IMG/VR virus record: IMGVR_UViG_3300025889_000002
Location: 1-64,000 of that record
Reading direction: 5' to 3' (one strand)
DNA length: 64,000 nucleotides
From: a virus
The notes under the pieces were generated by a model. That model was not told the origin of the DNA. It saw only the letters and a list, made by a program, of their open reading frames with translations, and made no database searches. Position 1 is the stretch's first letter, and each line of letters starts with the position of its first letter. Positions 18,096 to 28,362 of the stretch are shown here, in pieces. Position numbers and translations under genes: made by a program.

Positions 18096-19106
18096 ATGGC
18101 TATCGTTTCAGATCGTAACTACGGGCAGATTCTGACTGCCTCCGTTGCTCGTCGTTCGTCCGACGTGCAAAATATCGTTTACAACTCCACTCCCCTGACA
18201 GCGATCCTTAAGGACATGGGGAAGATCAAGCAGAAGCGCGCGGGCGGGCCGGAACTTCGTGTCCCGATCATGTTCGACAAGCTCGAAGCACAGTGGTTCA
18301 CTGGCTACGACAAGCTGCAGATCACTCCCAAGGAACTGCTGAACAGCGCGGTCTACAACTGGTCGCGTTGCGTTGGTATGTTCTCGCTCACCGGCACTGA
18401 ACTGCTTTACAACAGCGGTGAAGACGAAGTTATCGACCTCATGGAAACCTACATGGATGCTGCTGAGCAGTCCGTGAAGGAAGCCTTCGAGGAAGGTCTC
18501 GTCGGTGATGGTACGGCAGACGGTGGTCGCCAGATGACGGGCCTTGGTTCGGCGGTTCCCATCGTCACCAATACCGGCGTATATGGCGGAATCGACCGTG
18601 CAACGGTTCCTAACTGGCGCACGTCCACCTTCGACATCCCGGCTGGCGATGTTGCGGGCTACACCACTTGGGACAGCACCACGGCACGGGCGATCATCGA
18701 AAAGATCACCCTGCAGCGTTCGCGCGGTGGCCGTTATCCTGACCTGATCATTGCCGACGCCAATTCGTATGCTGCCATCTCGGCTGCATTCGTGGCACAC
18801 CAGCGTCTCGCATCGGAACGTCTGGCACGCCTTGGCTTCACCGGCATGACGATCATCACCCCGGCAGGCCCGGTCGACGTGATCGCAGCAGGCGGTATCG
18901 GCAATGTCATGCCCGCAGATACGTTCTTCGGCATCGATACGCAGGGTATGGCGATCTACACGTTCCCCGGTCAGGAATTCGTTCCTTTCCATCCGGGCAA
19001 CGGCATGCGTCCTATCAATCAGGATGCGGTGGCTCAGGGTGTGGTCTGGACAGGGCAGCTTGTCCTTGAAAACCCGCTCTTCACCTATCGCGCCATCACG
19101 GCCTAA
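18096..19106 (+). CDS. Major capsid protein
   Basis: ~336 aa; GGPELRVPI, GDGTADGGRQMTGL, YGGIDR; strongly biased codons. Confidence 0.9.
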   Translation: MAIVSDRNYGQILTASVARRSSDVQNIVYNSTPLTAILKDMGKIKQKRAGGPELRVPIMFDKLEAQWFTGYDKLQITPKELLNSAVYNWSRCVGMFSLTGTELLYNSGEDEVIDLMETYMDAAEQSVKEAFEEGLVGDGTADGGRQMTGLGSAVPIVTNTGVYGGIDRATVPNWRTSTFDIPAGDVAGYTTWDSTTARAIIEKITLQRSRGGRYPDLIIADANSYAAISAAFVAHQRLASERLARLGFTGMTIITPAGPVDVIAAGGIGNVMPADTFFGIDTQGMAIYTFPGQEFVPFHPGNGMRPINQDAVAQGVVWTGQLVLENPLFTYRAITA

Positions 19107-19121
19107 AGAGAGGACTGAAAC

Positions 19122-19439
19122 ATGGTTACTTCACCTTTCCGCACCACTGGCCAGCTTGGCCCGGATCTGCACCAGCAGGTTACTCCGGGCGAAGTCTGGT
19201 ACGACAATCCCGATCTTGTCAGCCCCGTCGTGGGGACTCGCGAGACCGGCGACGACGGTTTCGACTATGTCTGGGTTCGCGCTTCTGCGACCATCTCGGC
19301 AGCATCGGCACCGGGCACGCAGGTTTCGATCACGGTTCCTGCTTACACGGCAGCGGCTGGCGCAGGCGGGTTTTATGCCCCGATTGCCGGTGTAACATCC
19401 GGCGATTACTTCTGGGCCAAGAAGGGTTCGACCCTTTAA
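19122..19439 (+). CDS. Putative capsid decoration protein
   Basis: Directly after capsid; nearly identical protein in unit B. Confidence 0.55.
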   Translation: MVTSPFRTTGQLGPDLHQQVTPGEVWYDNPDLVSPVVGTRETGDDGFDYVWVRASATISAASAPGTQVSITVPAYTAAAGAGGFYAPIAGVTSGDYFWAKKGSTL

Positions 19440-19444
19440 TTCGG

Positions 19445-19470
19445 TGGGGGGCCTTTGTGCCCCCTTCCTT
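19445..19470 (+). terminator. Hairpin after the capsid operon (terminator-like)
   Basis: GGGGGC/GCCCCC stem followed by pyrimidines; a different hairpin occupies the same place at 58701-58732. Confidence 0.5.
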
Positions 19471-19492
19471 CCTCTAGTTGGAGCGTCCATCC

Positions 19493-20227
19493 ATGACACA
19501 GTTAGCAGTTATCGACGAACGGGACCTTTCGGTTACGCCCGTATTCAAAGTTATCCAGGTTGAAGACATCAACGCCTCCGAGCGCGCGGGCCATCTTGTG
19601 ATGAAGACGCGCGAAGTCGTAGAGGTGCGCATTGCGGGTTATCGCGATGTGAAGGTTTTCCCCTCTGACGCTGTATGGCGGCGCGAAGGCAACAGGGCGA
19701 TCACCTATGCCGAACGCTGGCCTGAACAGTACGCATCCTATCACAATGGCGACGACCAGATGGCAGTGGGCACGCCGCTTGAAATGCTGCGTCCGTATGG
19801 CATTTCGGAATCGATGATTTCGGTCTGCCGCGCGCTGAAGGTGTATTCGATTGAAGCCCTGTATTCTCTTGAGGATCGGGGCCTCAAGGCGCTCGGCATG
19901 AACGGCAATCGGCTAAAGGACGCGGCCCGCCAGTTTATGTCCGAGCGCCAAACCACTGCATCGGCACTGTCCGAGGTTGAAGCCCTTAAGCAGCGCATTG
20001 CCGAGCTTGAGGCATCTGGTTCCAAGGTCGAGGTTCCCAAGGAACTGCCGACTGATGACGATGTGGAGGCTGCGCTGGCTGCATCCGATAGCGAGTTTGA
20101 GGGTATGAGCGACGACAATATCAAGGAAGAGATCGCGTTGCTTGCAGGTTCCAAGCCGCGCGGGAACCCCTCTCGCGCCACATTAGTCAACTCCCTGCGC
20201 GAATTGCGCGAAGCAAAGGCGGCATAA
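19493..20227 (+). CDS. Conserved phage protein with HhH-like core
   Basis: GTPLEML, VYSIEAL, LGMNG; homologue at 58753-59487. Confidence 0.7.
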   Translation: MTQLAVIDERDLSVTPVFKVIQVEDINASERAGHLVMKTREVVEVRIAGYRDVKVFPSDAVWRREGNRAITYAERWPEQYASYHNGDDQMAVGTPLEMLRPYGISESMISVCRALKVYSIEALYSLEDRGLKALGMNGNRLKDAARQFMSERQTTASALSEVEALKQRIAELEASGSKVEVPKELPTDDDVEAALAASDSEFEGMSDDNIKEEIALLAGSKPRGNPSRATLVNSLRELREAKAA

Positions 20228-20950
20228 ATGACGGTTCTTGCGGCTCTCCAATCGGCGGCTCTGCGGCTTGCAGGCCGGAGGCCGCAGACCTTCTTCGATG
20301 CGTCTGGCCAGCTTGAGCAGGAACTGTGTGATCTTGTAAACGAGGTTGCACAGGACATCGCGCAATACACCGATTGGCAACAGCTTATCCGCCTGCATAC
20401 GATTGTGGGTGACGGGGCGACTTCGGAATTTCCTCTGCCCGACGATTATGGCAGCTTTCCTATCAAGGGAGACGTGCAGGACTATACGACGTGGGCGTGG
20501 GGGTATCACCACTACACCGACCTCGATACGTTCCTGTTCGATCAGGCGCGCAACTTCAACGCACTACCGGGCGGCTGGATTATCTACGGCGACCTGATGC
20601 GGTTCTCGCCTGTTCCGGGTGAGACTGTGCAGGCGCGCTTCCCGTATCTGACAAAGAACATCGTCCGTGCGTTTTCCACAGTTCCGAAAGAAGAGTTCAC
20701 GGCAGACGACGATACGTTTCTTCTGCCCGAACGCCTTCTGACGCTTGGACTCGTATGGCGCTGGCGCGAGAATAAAGGTCTTGCTAGCACTGGCGACCAG
20801 GAAGCGTATATCAAGGCTCTCGACGATTACGCAGCAAAGAGTAAGGGGCCGGTTGTGATCAGACGTAACGGCGCAAGGCACTTTCCAGGAACGCACGCCG
20901 CCTTTCCATGGCCCCTCGGTGAGGGTGCCAATTACTGGCCCGCTGGCTGA
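20228..20950 (+). CDS. Tail tubular A / head-tail adaptor protein
   Basis: FPLPDDY, LLTLGLVWRWR; position. Confidence 0.7.
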   Translation: MTVLAALQSAALRLAGRRPQTFFDASGQLEQELCDLVNEVAQDIAQYTDWQQLIRLHTIVGDGATSEFPLPDDYGSFPIKGDVQDYTTWAWGYHHYTDLDTFLFDQARNFNALPGGWIIYGDLMRFSPVPGETVQARFPYLTKNIVRAFSTVPKEEFTADDDTFLLPERLLTLGLVWRWRENKGLASTGDQEAYIKALDDYAAKSKGPVVIRRNGARHFPGTHAAFPWPLGEGANYWPAG

Positions 20951-22866
20951 TGGTTTATCCTCGCCGCCGAATGCAACCCAAGCCAAGGCGCTCGCAGACG
21001 CGTAAGTGGCCTGCGCCTGTCTCCGGCTGGGTATCCAATCGCATGCTGTCTGATCCCAAGTCCATTGAGGGGCCGGGCGCTGCGGTCATGGATAACTTCT
21101 TTCCCCGCTCGACGGGTGTTGCGCTGCGCAGGGGCAAAGCGCGCTATGCCACGCTTGAAGATGAGGCGTTGGATGTCGAGGCTTTGTTCACCTATCACGA
21201 TGGCACAAGCGAGCAGATGTTTGCGGCAAATGAAACGACCATTTATGACGTAACCAACGTGGTATTCCCTGAGCCGCAAGACCTGGGCGATGGTGACGGC
21301 GATTCCTTCGGGGACGGTGAAGGCAATATCATTGGCTGGAACTCGACGGCGGGCCTTGATGTGGCAGGCGGTTATACCTCCGGCGACTGGTCGGTTATCC
21401 AGTTTGCCACAACAGGCGGGATTTACCTTGTCGGGGTCAATGGTTCGGATCTGGGCTTTATCTTCGACGGTGAGCGGTTTTATCCGGCTGTCGATGGCGG
21501 CACGACGCAGCTTAATTATGACGGGCTGACAGAAGACTTCGTAACCGGCGAAACGATCACGGGCGGCACAAGCGGGGCGACAGCTACGCTATGGCGGCAA
21601 GAAGTGGCAACCGATACAACCGGACAGCTATTCCTCTACAACGTGACAGGCACGTTCGTGGATGACGATGTTCTGACGGGTGAAACGGCAGGGGAGGCAG
21701 ATGCGATTGGCGCGCCTATTCCTGACGTAGCGCCGGGGATGGACTTCGGATCGCTGACTAGCGCAGACATGTCGTTCGTGTGGTCCTACAAGAACAGGCT
21801 CTATTTCGCGCAGAAGAACAGCCTTTCGGCATGGTATCTCGACGTTGATAGCATCGGCGGCACGGCAACCGAATTTCCGATGGGGGGCATTTTCGCCAAC
21901 GGCGGTTCGCTGATGTTCGGGCAGCGGTGGTCGCTGGAATCGGGCGGTTCTGGCGGTCTGTCGGAGCAGAACATATTCGTGTCGACCGAAGGCGAGGTGG
22001 CTATCTATCAGGGCACGTCGCCTAACGAAGCCTCTACATGGTCGCTGGTCGGGGTTTATCGCATTGGTGCGCCGCTTGGGAAACGCGCTTACATTCGCGG
22101 AGGTGGCGACTTGGCCATTGCCACGTCGGTCGGGCTGGTGCCGCTTTCCAAGGCTATTTCGCTGGATGTCACGGCCATGAACGTAGCATCGATCAGCTAC
22201 AAGATTGCCGACGCTTGGACGGAGGCTGTCAATCTGCGCGGAGAGCAGAACTGGCAGTGCATGATATGGCCGGAAAAGAAGATGGCCGTTATCGCGTTGC
22301 CAGACATGGTGGGGGGCAGCGATCCGGTGATGTTCGTTTCCAATACCGAAACGGGCGCATGGGGGCGTTATACGAACTGGCAGGGCCTTTCGATGGCGGT
22401 CTATCAGGGACAGCTTTATTTCGGCTCGCCTGAGGGGCGTATCTATCAGGCAGAAACAGGCGGGCTGGATGATGGGGAAACCTATTCGGGCGCAGTTGTG
22501 CCGCTGTTCGATGACATGGCGTTCTCTGCCGGCTCCAAGGTTGGCAAGATGGCGCGTGCGCGCGTGCGTGCCTCGACTACGATTGTCGATAATGTATCCC
22601 TGTTGGCCGATTATGACGTGACGCTTCCGCCTGCTCCCGATGCGACTGCCGTGTTCGCGTCCAACACATGGGGCGCAGGCGTATGGGGGCAATCGACATG
22701 GGATTCCGCAACGCCGAACGTGCTTAATCAGGAATGGCGATCTGCGGGCGCTATCGGGTATTCGCTTGCACCGTGTTACCAAGTAAGTAGCGGAAGTCCT
22801 GCGTCGATACAGGTCGAATTGATCGATATTGAAATGCTCTACGATGTCGCTGAGGCGGTGACTTGA
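20950..22866 (+). CDS. Tail tubular B / DNA stabilisation (nozzle) protein
   Basis: PAPVSGW, beta-propeller-like YKNRLYF and YQG repeats; position. Confidence 0.75.
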   Translation: MVYPRRRMQPKPRRSQTRKWPAPVSGWVSNRMLSDPKSIEGPGAAVMDNFFPRSTGVALRRGKARYATLEDEALDVEALFTYHDGTSEQMFAANETTIYDVTNVVFPEPQDLGDGDGDSFGDGEGNIIGWNSTAGLDVAGGYTSGDWSVIQFATTGGIYLVGVNGSDLGFIFDGERFYPAVDGGTTQLNYDGLTEDFVTGETITGGTSGATATLWRQEVATDTTGQLFLYNVTGTFVDDDVLTGETAGEADAIGAPIPDVAPGMDFGSLTSADMSFVWSYKNRLYFAQKNSLSAWYLDVDSIGGTATEFPMGGIFANGGSLMFGQRWSLESGGSGGLSEQNIFVSTEGEVAIYQGTSPNEASTWSLVGVYRIGAPLGKRAYIRGGGDLAIATSVGLVPLSKAISLDVTAMNVASISYKIADAWTEAVNLRGEQNWQCMIWPEKKMAVIALPDMVGGSDPVMFVSNTETGAWGRYTNWQGLSMAVYQGQLYFGSPEGRIYQAETGGLDDGETYSGAVVPLFDDMAFSAGSKVGKMARARVRASTTIVDNVSLLADYDVTLPPAPDATAVFASNTWGAGVWGQSTWDSATPNVLNQEWRSAGAIGYSLAPCYQVSSGSPASIQVELIDIEMLYDVAEAVT

Positions 22867-23267
22867 TCGTAACCGGCGAACACGTCGCGCAATTCGTTTC
22901 CCAAAAGATAGGCGTGGGGTTGTGCCCACCTTACACGACGCTTGGGCTAGAGCGCGATGGTGTGCTTGTCGGCGGTGTCGTGCTGAATTGCTGGGAGGGT
23001 GCAGACATACATCTAACGGCAGCGGGGGCGCATTGGACGCCGGGTTTTATGCGTGCTGTAGGACGGTATGTTTTTGATCAGCTTGGATGCCTGCGTTTCA
23101 CGATGGAAACGGAAAAGCCTGCAGTGGCGGAATATGCCAAGAGGCTCGGCGGTGTGGTTGAGGGGAGATTAAGGGACCACTTTGGCGAGGGCCGCGATGC
23201 GATCATTATCGGGGTCTTGAAAAAGGATTACGCTTACTATAGACATGGCGAAACCGAGCGCCGCTGA
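22863..23267 (+). CDS. GNAT-like (DUF2824-type) virion assembly protein
   Basis: YVFDQLGCLR, KRLGGVVEGRLR. Confidence 0.7.
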   Translation: MIVTGEHVAQFVSQKIGVGLCPPYTTLGLERDGVLVGGVVLNCWEGADIHLTAAGAHWTPGFMRAVGRYVFDQLGCLRFTMETEKPAVAEYAKRLGGVVEGRLRDHFGEGRDAIIIGVLKKDYAYYRHGETERR

Positions 23268-23304
23268 ATTCCTTCAGGTGCTTCCACTAAACAGGAAGCA
23301 TGCC

Positions 23305-24123
23305 TTGAAATCTCCTAAGCAGCCAACTCCGCCAGATCCTAACGTGGTCGCGCAAGCCCAAGCCGGGATGAACATCGACACGGCTCTTGCTCAGCAGAGC
23401 CTCAACATGGTTGATACGGTGAACCCGTGGGGCACGACCAGCTATGCGCAAAACGGCCAGACAAGCTTTGTCGATAGCAACGGTCAGCGCGTTACGCTGC
23501 CGCGCTATACCCAAACCACTAACTTATCGCCAGAACAACAGGCGATTTTCGACGCCTCGCAGGGCGCGCAGACGAACCTTGCCAATATCGCGCAGGAACA
23601 GTCTGGCCGTGTGCAGGAAACTCTTTCCGACCCGTTCCAGTTTACCAATCAGGATGCAGCCGATTGGGCCTATGATCTGGGCCAGTCACGCATTGCTCCC
23701 CAGCAGCAGCAGACCGAAGCCGCGCTTCGTGATCGGCTGATCAATTCCGGCATTCGCCCCGGCACACAGGCTTGGGATTCGGAGATGGCCCGCATGACGC
23801 AGGGCTTTAACGATCAGAACAACCAGTTAGCTTTGCAGGGCCGTGGACAGGCGTTTTCCGAGAACCTTGCCACGCGGAATCAGTCGCTTAATGAGTTGTC
23901 CGCGCTACTCTCCGGCTCGCAGGTATCGAACCCTGCGCAGATGTCGTCTGCCACGCCTCAAGTAGGGGTCGGTGGGGTCGATTATTCCGGCATGGTCCAG
24001 AACAATTACAACAACCAGATGCAGCAGTATAACGCCCAGATGCAAAATCGCGGCGGTATGCTCGGTGGCTTATTTGGCTTGGCAGGCTCGCTTGGCGGCG
24101 CTGCTATTCGAAGGGGTTTCTGA
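23305..24123 (+). CDS. DNA ejection/pilot protein 1 (probable TTG start)
   Basis: MKSPKQPTPPDP, Gln-rich body, Gly-rich hydrophobic C-terminus; B homologue starts GTG at the equivalent site. Confidence 0.7.
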   Translation: MKSPKQPTPPDPNVVAQAQAGMNIDTALAQQSLNMVDTVNPWGTTSYAQNGQTSFVDSNGQRVTLPRYTQTTNLSPEQQAIFDASQGAQTNLANIAQEQSGRVQETLSDPFQFTNQDAADWAYDLGQSRIAPQQQQTEAALRDRLINSGIRPGTQAWDSEMARMTQGFNDQNNQLALQGRGQAFSENLATRNQSLNELSALLSGSQVSNPAQMSSATPQVGVGGVDYSGMVQNNYNNQMQQYNAQMQNRGGMLGGLFGLAGSLGGAAIRRGF

Positions 24124-24887
24124 TGATCCTCCCACAGTCTGCAATGGCCGCAGTCGATCCCGTAGCGCAGGCTTTGACGCCTGAAGCCGCGTTCACTTGG
24201 GCGCATGGTGGCTTGAAGATGACGCCGGAACAAGCGGCAATGCAGCGTCAACAGGGTATGGCGCGTAGCCGGGGTGATTACTCGCCTATCCAGCATTGGA
24301 CACAGGGCCTTGCGCGTGTGGCGGATAACGTCATGGGTGCACTAGAGGCACGTAAAGCCGACAAGCAGATTGCAGCGGGTGCAGATGCAGACCGCGCGCT
24401 GATGGAAGCGATTGCGGGCGGTGGTGTGGATGACACCATGATCGCCCGCGCACTAATGGACCCTAATGTAGGGCAGGGCGTGAAAGAGTTTGCGGGCATG
24501 GAGTATGCCGCGCGTAGGCCCAAGCAACAGGCTCCGCTAGAGGTTGAGCGGCTAGCTATGCTGGCGAACGATCCCAGCGCAGCGCCTTACGTGCGCGAGG
24601 CAGCAGCGGCCAAGCTTCGCAATCAAAACGATCCGCTTATCACAACGACCTTGCCGGGTGACAGGTTCTATTCGGGGCCGCAATCCGGTCTGGCAGCAGC
24701 ATTGGGAGGAGGTGGTCAAGAATCTGGGGCACAGTCTACGGCGGTGCCTCCCGAGGCGGTGGCGGACCTAATGGCCGATCCGTCACCGCAGGCTATGGCA
24801 GAGTTTGATGACGCATTCGGACAGGGTGCGGCAGAGCGCGCTCTAGGAGGTCAGGCGTCCGCGCCTGATCCCTTTCCCGCAAGTTAG
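24123..24887 (+). CDS. DNA ejection protein 2
   Basis: PIQHWTQGLARV; Ala/Gly-rich; position. Confidence 0.65.
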   Translation: MILPQSAMAAVDPVAQALTPEAAFTWAHGGLKMTPEQAAMQRQQGMARSRGDYSPIQHWTQGLARVADNVMGALEARKADKQIAAGADADRALMEAIAGGGVDDTMIARALMDPNVGQGVKEFAGMEYAARRPKQQAPLEVERLAMLANDPSAAPYVREAAAAKLRNQNDPLITTTLPGDRFYSGPQSGLAAALGGGGQESGAQSTAVPPEAVADLMADPSPQAMAEFDDAFGQGAAERALGGQASAPDPFPAS

Positions 24888-24894
24888 CGGAAAC

Positions 24895-25269
24895 ATGCTC
24901 GACAACATCACTATGCAGGCCGAAAGTAATGGCAGGCGTTATGGTGCAGGCGGTGGACTGCTGCGCTCACCTAAGGGAGCGATGGGGGAAATGCAGGTAA
25001 TGCCAGCGACAGCCCGAGATCCCGGCTATGGCGTGCGCCCTTGGGACGGTTCGTCGCCGGATGATCTAGCCCGCGTTGGCCGCGATTATCGCAGGGCCAT
25101 GGAGCGGGAGTTCGGCGGGGACTATGCGGCGATGTTCGGGGCTTATAACGCTGGGCCTGGCCGCGTAAGGCAATTGCTGGATCGTTACGGCGGCGACTGG
25201 TTGCGCTATGCTCCTGCTGAAACCCGTAACTATGTAAACAAAAACATGCGCGCTCTGAGGGGCAGATAA
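24895..25269 (+). CDS. Lytic transglycosylase (SLT domain)
   Basis: QAES, SPKGAMGEMQVMPAT, AYNAGPG, ETRNYV. Confidence 0.9.
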   Translation: MLDNITMQAESNGRRYGAGGGLLRSPKGAMGEMQVMPATARDPGYGVRPWDGSSPDDLARVGRDYRRAMEREFGGDYAAMFGAYNAGPGRVRQLLDRYGGDWLRYAPAETRNYVNKNMRALRGR

Positions 25270-28025
25270 TGGCTGAAAATCGTTTCCAGAAATATGTCCA
25301 GCCACAGCAGGGCGTAGTGTTCACCGATCCGAACGCGGCGGCGGAGCAGCAGCGCGAAGAAGATCGCCTTGCGATGGATCGCGAGCGCATTAGGTTAGCT
25401 CGCGAAGCTGCCGACAGAGCAGCGGCTAACGACGCCATCACGCGCGAAGAAAAGGCTGCTGAAAAAGCGCAAGCTGACAAGGAGGCTGCGGCACTAGAGG
25501 CCGCGCAGCGTAGCCAAGTGCGCGAAACTGCCGCTACTATGAGCACGGTTATCGAGAAAGCAAAGGAGGCGAAGCGTAGATCGAACGATTGGTTCGCTAC
25601 TGGCTTTGGCGCGGAAACTGCTCTTGATTGGGGCGGCTCGGCAGCGGCAGACGTTCGAGAACTGCTTGCGCCGATTAAGGCTAATCAGGCTTTCACCACG
25701 CTTCAGAAAATGCGCGAGGCTTCGCCAACTGGTGGCGCGCTTGGTGCGGTATCCGAACGCGAACTTGCCCTGCTTCAAAGCACGATCACCGGCCTTGAGC
25801 AGTCGCAGTCTGATGCGCAATTCCAGTATGCAATGGACGAGATTGTCCAGCGTTACACGCGCGCCCTTGCCGCGCTGGAAGATGGCGACCGCTATTACCG
25901 TGAAAACGGCTCGATGGAAGGCTATGTCGGCCCTTCAGATGAATATCTGAACAGCTACAATCCTGACAATCCAGAGCCTAGAGGAGCCGCGGGTTCCGGC
26001 GCTACGCAAACCAGCCTTGAACTGCCGCAGGAATACCAGGATCGTCACGCGGCCTATCTGCGCCAGAATTGGGGCAATATCACGCCTGATGGTTATGCGC
26101 AGTTCCGTGCTGGGCTTGATAACGAGTTCCCAGAGTACGGCTCGCCTAACCTTGAGGCATACCGCGATATTGTTCCCTCCTTCAACCAGATGGCGGCAGA
26201 GGGGCAACCTCCTGAAGCCGCAGGGCAGGTTCCTGCTGCAACGCGCGAACTGTCTGGATTCGATCAGTTCCGTAATAATATTATCTCAGACCCTTTAGGT
26301 ACAGGGGTAACGTCCGCGATCAATAGTGCCACAGGCGGCCTTCCTGATTTGCTCGCGGGTCGCAGGTTGCAGGCGGCGGAAGAGCTTAACCCTAAAGCAG
26401 CCTTTGTGGGCGACCTTGTTGGCAGTACGGCAGGATCTGCACTTTTTGGTAGCGGCCTGACTGTTGCGGGGGCGGGCAAGTTCGCTCCGTTTCTCGGTGA
26501 TGCGCTTTACGGGACAATGTACGGCGCAACCAGCGATGAAGACCCTGTAACTGGCGCATTGCTTGGCTTAGGTTCGTCTATAGTGGGCGACCAGGCTGGT
26601 AAATACGCGGGCCGTGCAATCAACTCGATCCGTCTGCCTGATATGAACCTTTCCGAAGGGCAGCGGGTCATTACCCAGACGGTGCGCGAAGCGGGTAATC
26701 AGGATGAAATCGCACGCGCGCTAATGAGCGCCGATGAACTTGGCGTGCCGATGACGCTGGCCGACGCATCTCCTGAATTACAGTCTCTTGCCGGTTCGGC
26801 AGTTCGCTTCTCTCCGACCACGGCGGGCGTAGCGCGGCAGACCATGGCGCGCAGGAACGAAGGCCAGTTTGACCGGCTTGCCGAGGCAGTGGCGCGTGAT
26901 CTTGGCCCGGTTGAGAATATCCCTCAGCGCAGCGCCGATCTATTGCAGCAGGCACGCACTAATGCAGGGCCGTTGTATGAGCAGGCTTATGCGGCTCCAG
27001 GTGCGGATATGGTGGACCTTACCGACCTTGCCGACCGTCCGACATTCGAAAAGGCATTGCGCGAAGCCTATAACGAGGTGCTTGACGAAGGTCTTGACCC
27101 GTCTGCCGCTGGCATTGTCCAGACTGAAGGTGGCATGGTCATGGCCTCGCCGTCATGGCAGTCCTTGGACTATGCGAAGCGCGGTCTGGACAACATTATT
27201 GAACGCGGTATTCGGCAAGGCGATATGCCGGAAGTACGCCGTGCACAGGCTATGAAATCAACCCTATTGCAGCGCATGGATGAAGCCAATCCCGCCTATG
27301 CGGAGGCTCGTCGCGCTTATGCAGGGCCAGCGCAGGAGCGTTCGTTTATGGAGCGTGGACGCAACGTGTTCAAAGAAGATTCCGAACAGTTGGGCGTGGA
27401 TATAGCCAATCTGACGCCGGAACAAATCGGCCAAACGAGGCTCGGCGTTCAAAGCGGCACGATGCGCGAGGCGCGCAAGGTGCGGAACAACGGCAACCCG
27501 TGGGGTAGAATGGACAACCCTGAACGGGAAGCCATCTATAAAAATGTCTATGCCAGCGCCGAAGATGCCGACATCGCGCGGCTGCTGTCTCAGCGGGACC
27601 TGGAACTTCAGCTTGCAGGAAGCGCCAATCGTCTCATTGGCAACAGCGCCACGGCGGAACGCGAGATTCAAGACGAGTTCTTCAAGCATCGCACCGGCAT
27701 GGGCGGCGATGTCGCAATGGGTATTGTTGAAACCGGCGCGCTCGGTGGGCCGTGGCTGACCGTAGGCAAAGGTATTGCAGATCGCGTGTTCAAGGATCGT
27801 CGCGAAAAAGCTGCAGCAACCGCAAACCGCGCACTAGCCGACGATCTTGGCCCGCTGTTGCTCAATCAGTCGCCTACAAGCTCGGTTGATGCCTTGTCGC
27901 AGATGATGGCTGAGGATGAAGCCTATCGCGCTATTGCGGAAAGCCTGACGCAGCAGGGTGACATGTGGGGCCGCCGTATCGGAACAGGGGCAGCTACGGC
28001 GCTAACCGATTACCTGGCTTACTAA
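25269..28025 (+). CDS. Large DNA ejection / internal virion protein
   Basis: 918 aa; GGALGAVSERE, Gly-rich membrane-like central segment. Confidence 0.7.
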   Translation: MAENRFQKYVQPQQGVVFTDPNAAAEQQREEDRLAMDRERIRLAREAADRAAANDAITREEKAAEKAQADKEAAALEAAQRSQVRETAATMSTVIEKAKEAKRRSNDWFATGFGAETALDWGGSAAADVRELLAPIKANQAFTTLQKMREASPTGGALGAVSERELALLQSTITGLEQSQSDAQFQYAMDEIVQRYTRALAALEDGDRYYRENGSMEGYVGPSDEYLNSYNPDNPEPRGAAGSGATQTSLELPQEYQDRHAAYLRQNWGNITPDGYAQFRAGLDNEFPEYGSPNLEAYRDIVPSFNQMAAEGQPPEAAGQVPAATRELSGFDQFRNNIISDPLGTGVTSAINSATGGLPDLLAGRRLQAAEELNPKAAFVGDLVGSTAGSALFGSGLTVAGAGKFAPFLGDALYGTMYGATSDEDPVTGALLGLGSSIVGDQAGKYAGRAINSIRLPDMNLSEGQRVITQTVREAGNQDEIARALMSADELGVPMTLADASPELQSLAGSAVRFSPTTAGVARQTMARRNEGQFDRLAEAVARDLGPVENIPQRSADLLQQARTNAGPLYEQAYAAPGADMVDLTDLADRPTFEKALREAYNEVLDEGLDPSAAGIVQTEGGMVMASPSWQSLDYAKRGLDNIIERGIRQGDMPEVRRAQAMKSTLLQRMDEANPAYAEARRAYAGPAQERSFMERGRNVFKEDSEQLGVDIANLTPEQIGQTRLGVQSGTMREARKVRNNGNPWGRMDNPEREAIYKNVYASAEDADIARLLSQRDLELQLAGSANRLIGNSATAEREIQDEFFKHRTGMGGDVAMGIVETGALGGPWLTVGKGIADRVFKDRREKAAATANRALADDLGPLLLNQSPTSSVDALSQMMAEDEAYRAIAESLTQQGDMWGRRIGTGAATALTDYLAY

Positions 28026-28265
28026 GAGGCAGACCGAGAGAACCCCGCCGATTGCATATAGCGGCCAGCGGGGTTTCGGTTCTTCATAACCTGCTTTGAA
28101 TCCGGCCAGATAGGCTTGGCGCACCATGCGGTCTTTGATGCCCTGCAATGACGCTTCGTTAAGCCTGCGACGTGAACGGCGCGCAAGAAAGCCTTCTGCC
28201 TCGCTTTCCTTGAAACGGGCGCGGTGTATTTCCCGCTCAATAGCCTCGATATTCGCGTCTGCCAT
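28002..28265 (-). CDS. Opposite-strand small membrane protein (moron-like)
   Basis: C-terminal TM WPLYAIGGVLSVCLLV; minus-strand TTGTTA-N17-TATCAA upstream. Confidence 0.5.
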   Translation of the reverse strand: MADANIEAIEREIHRARFKESEAEGFLARRSRRRLNEASLQGIKDRMVRQAYLAGFKAGYEEPKPRWPLYAIGGVLSVCLLVSQVIG

Positions 28266-28362
28266 GCCGGTCTTGATAGCATTCGCCCTATCGTGTAACA
28301 AGGGACAACGCGGTTGAATCCACCTCACGCGATTGCCTTGAAACGCAAGCGGAGTTCAACCT

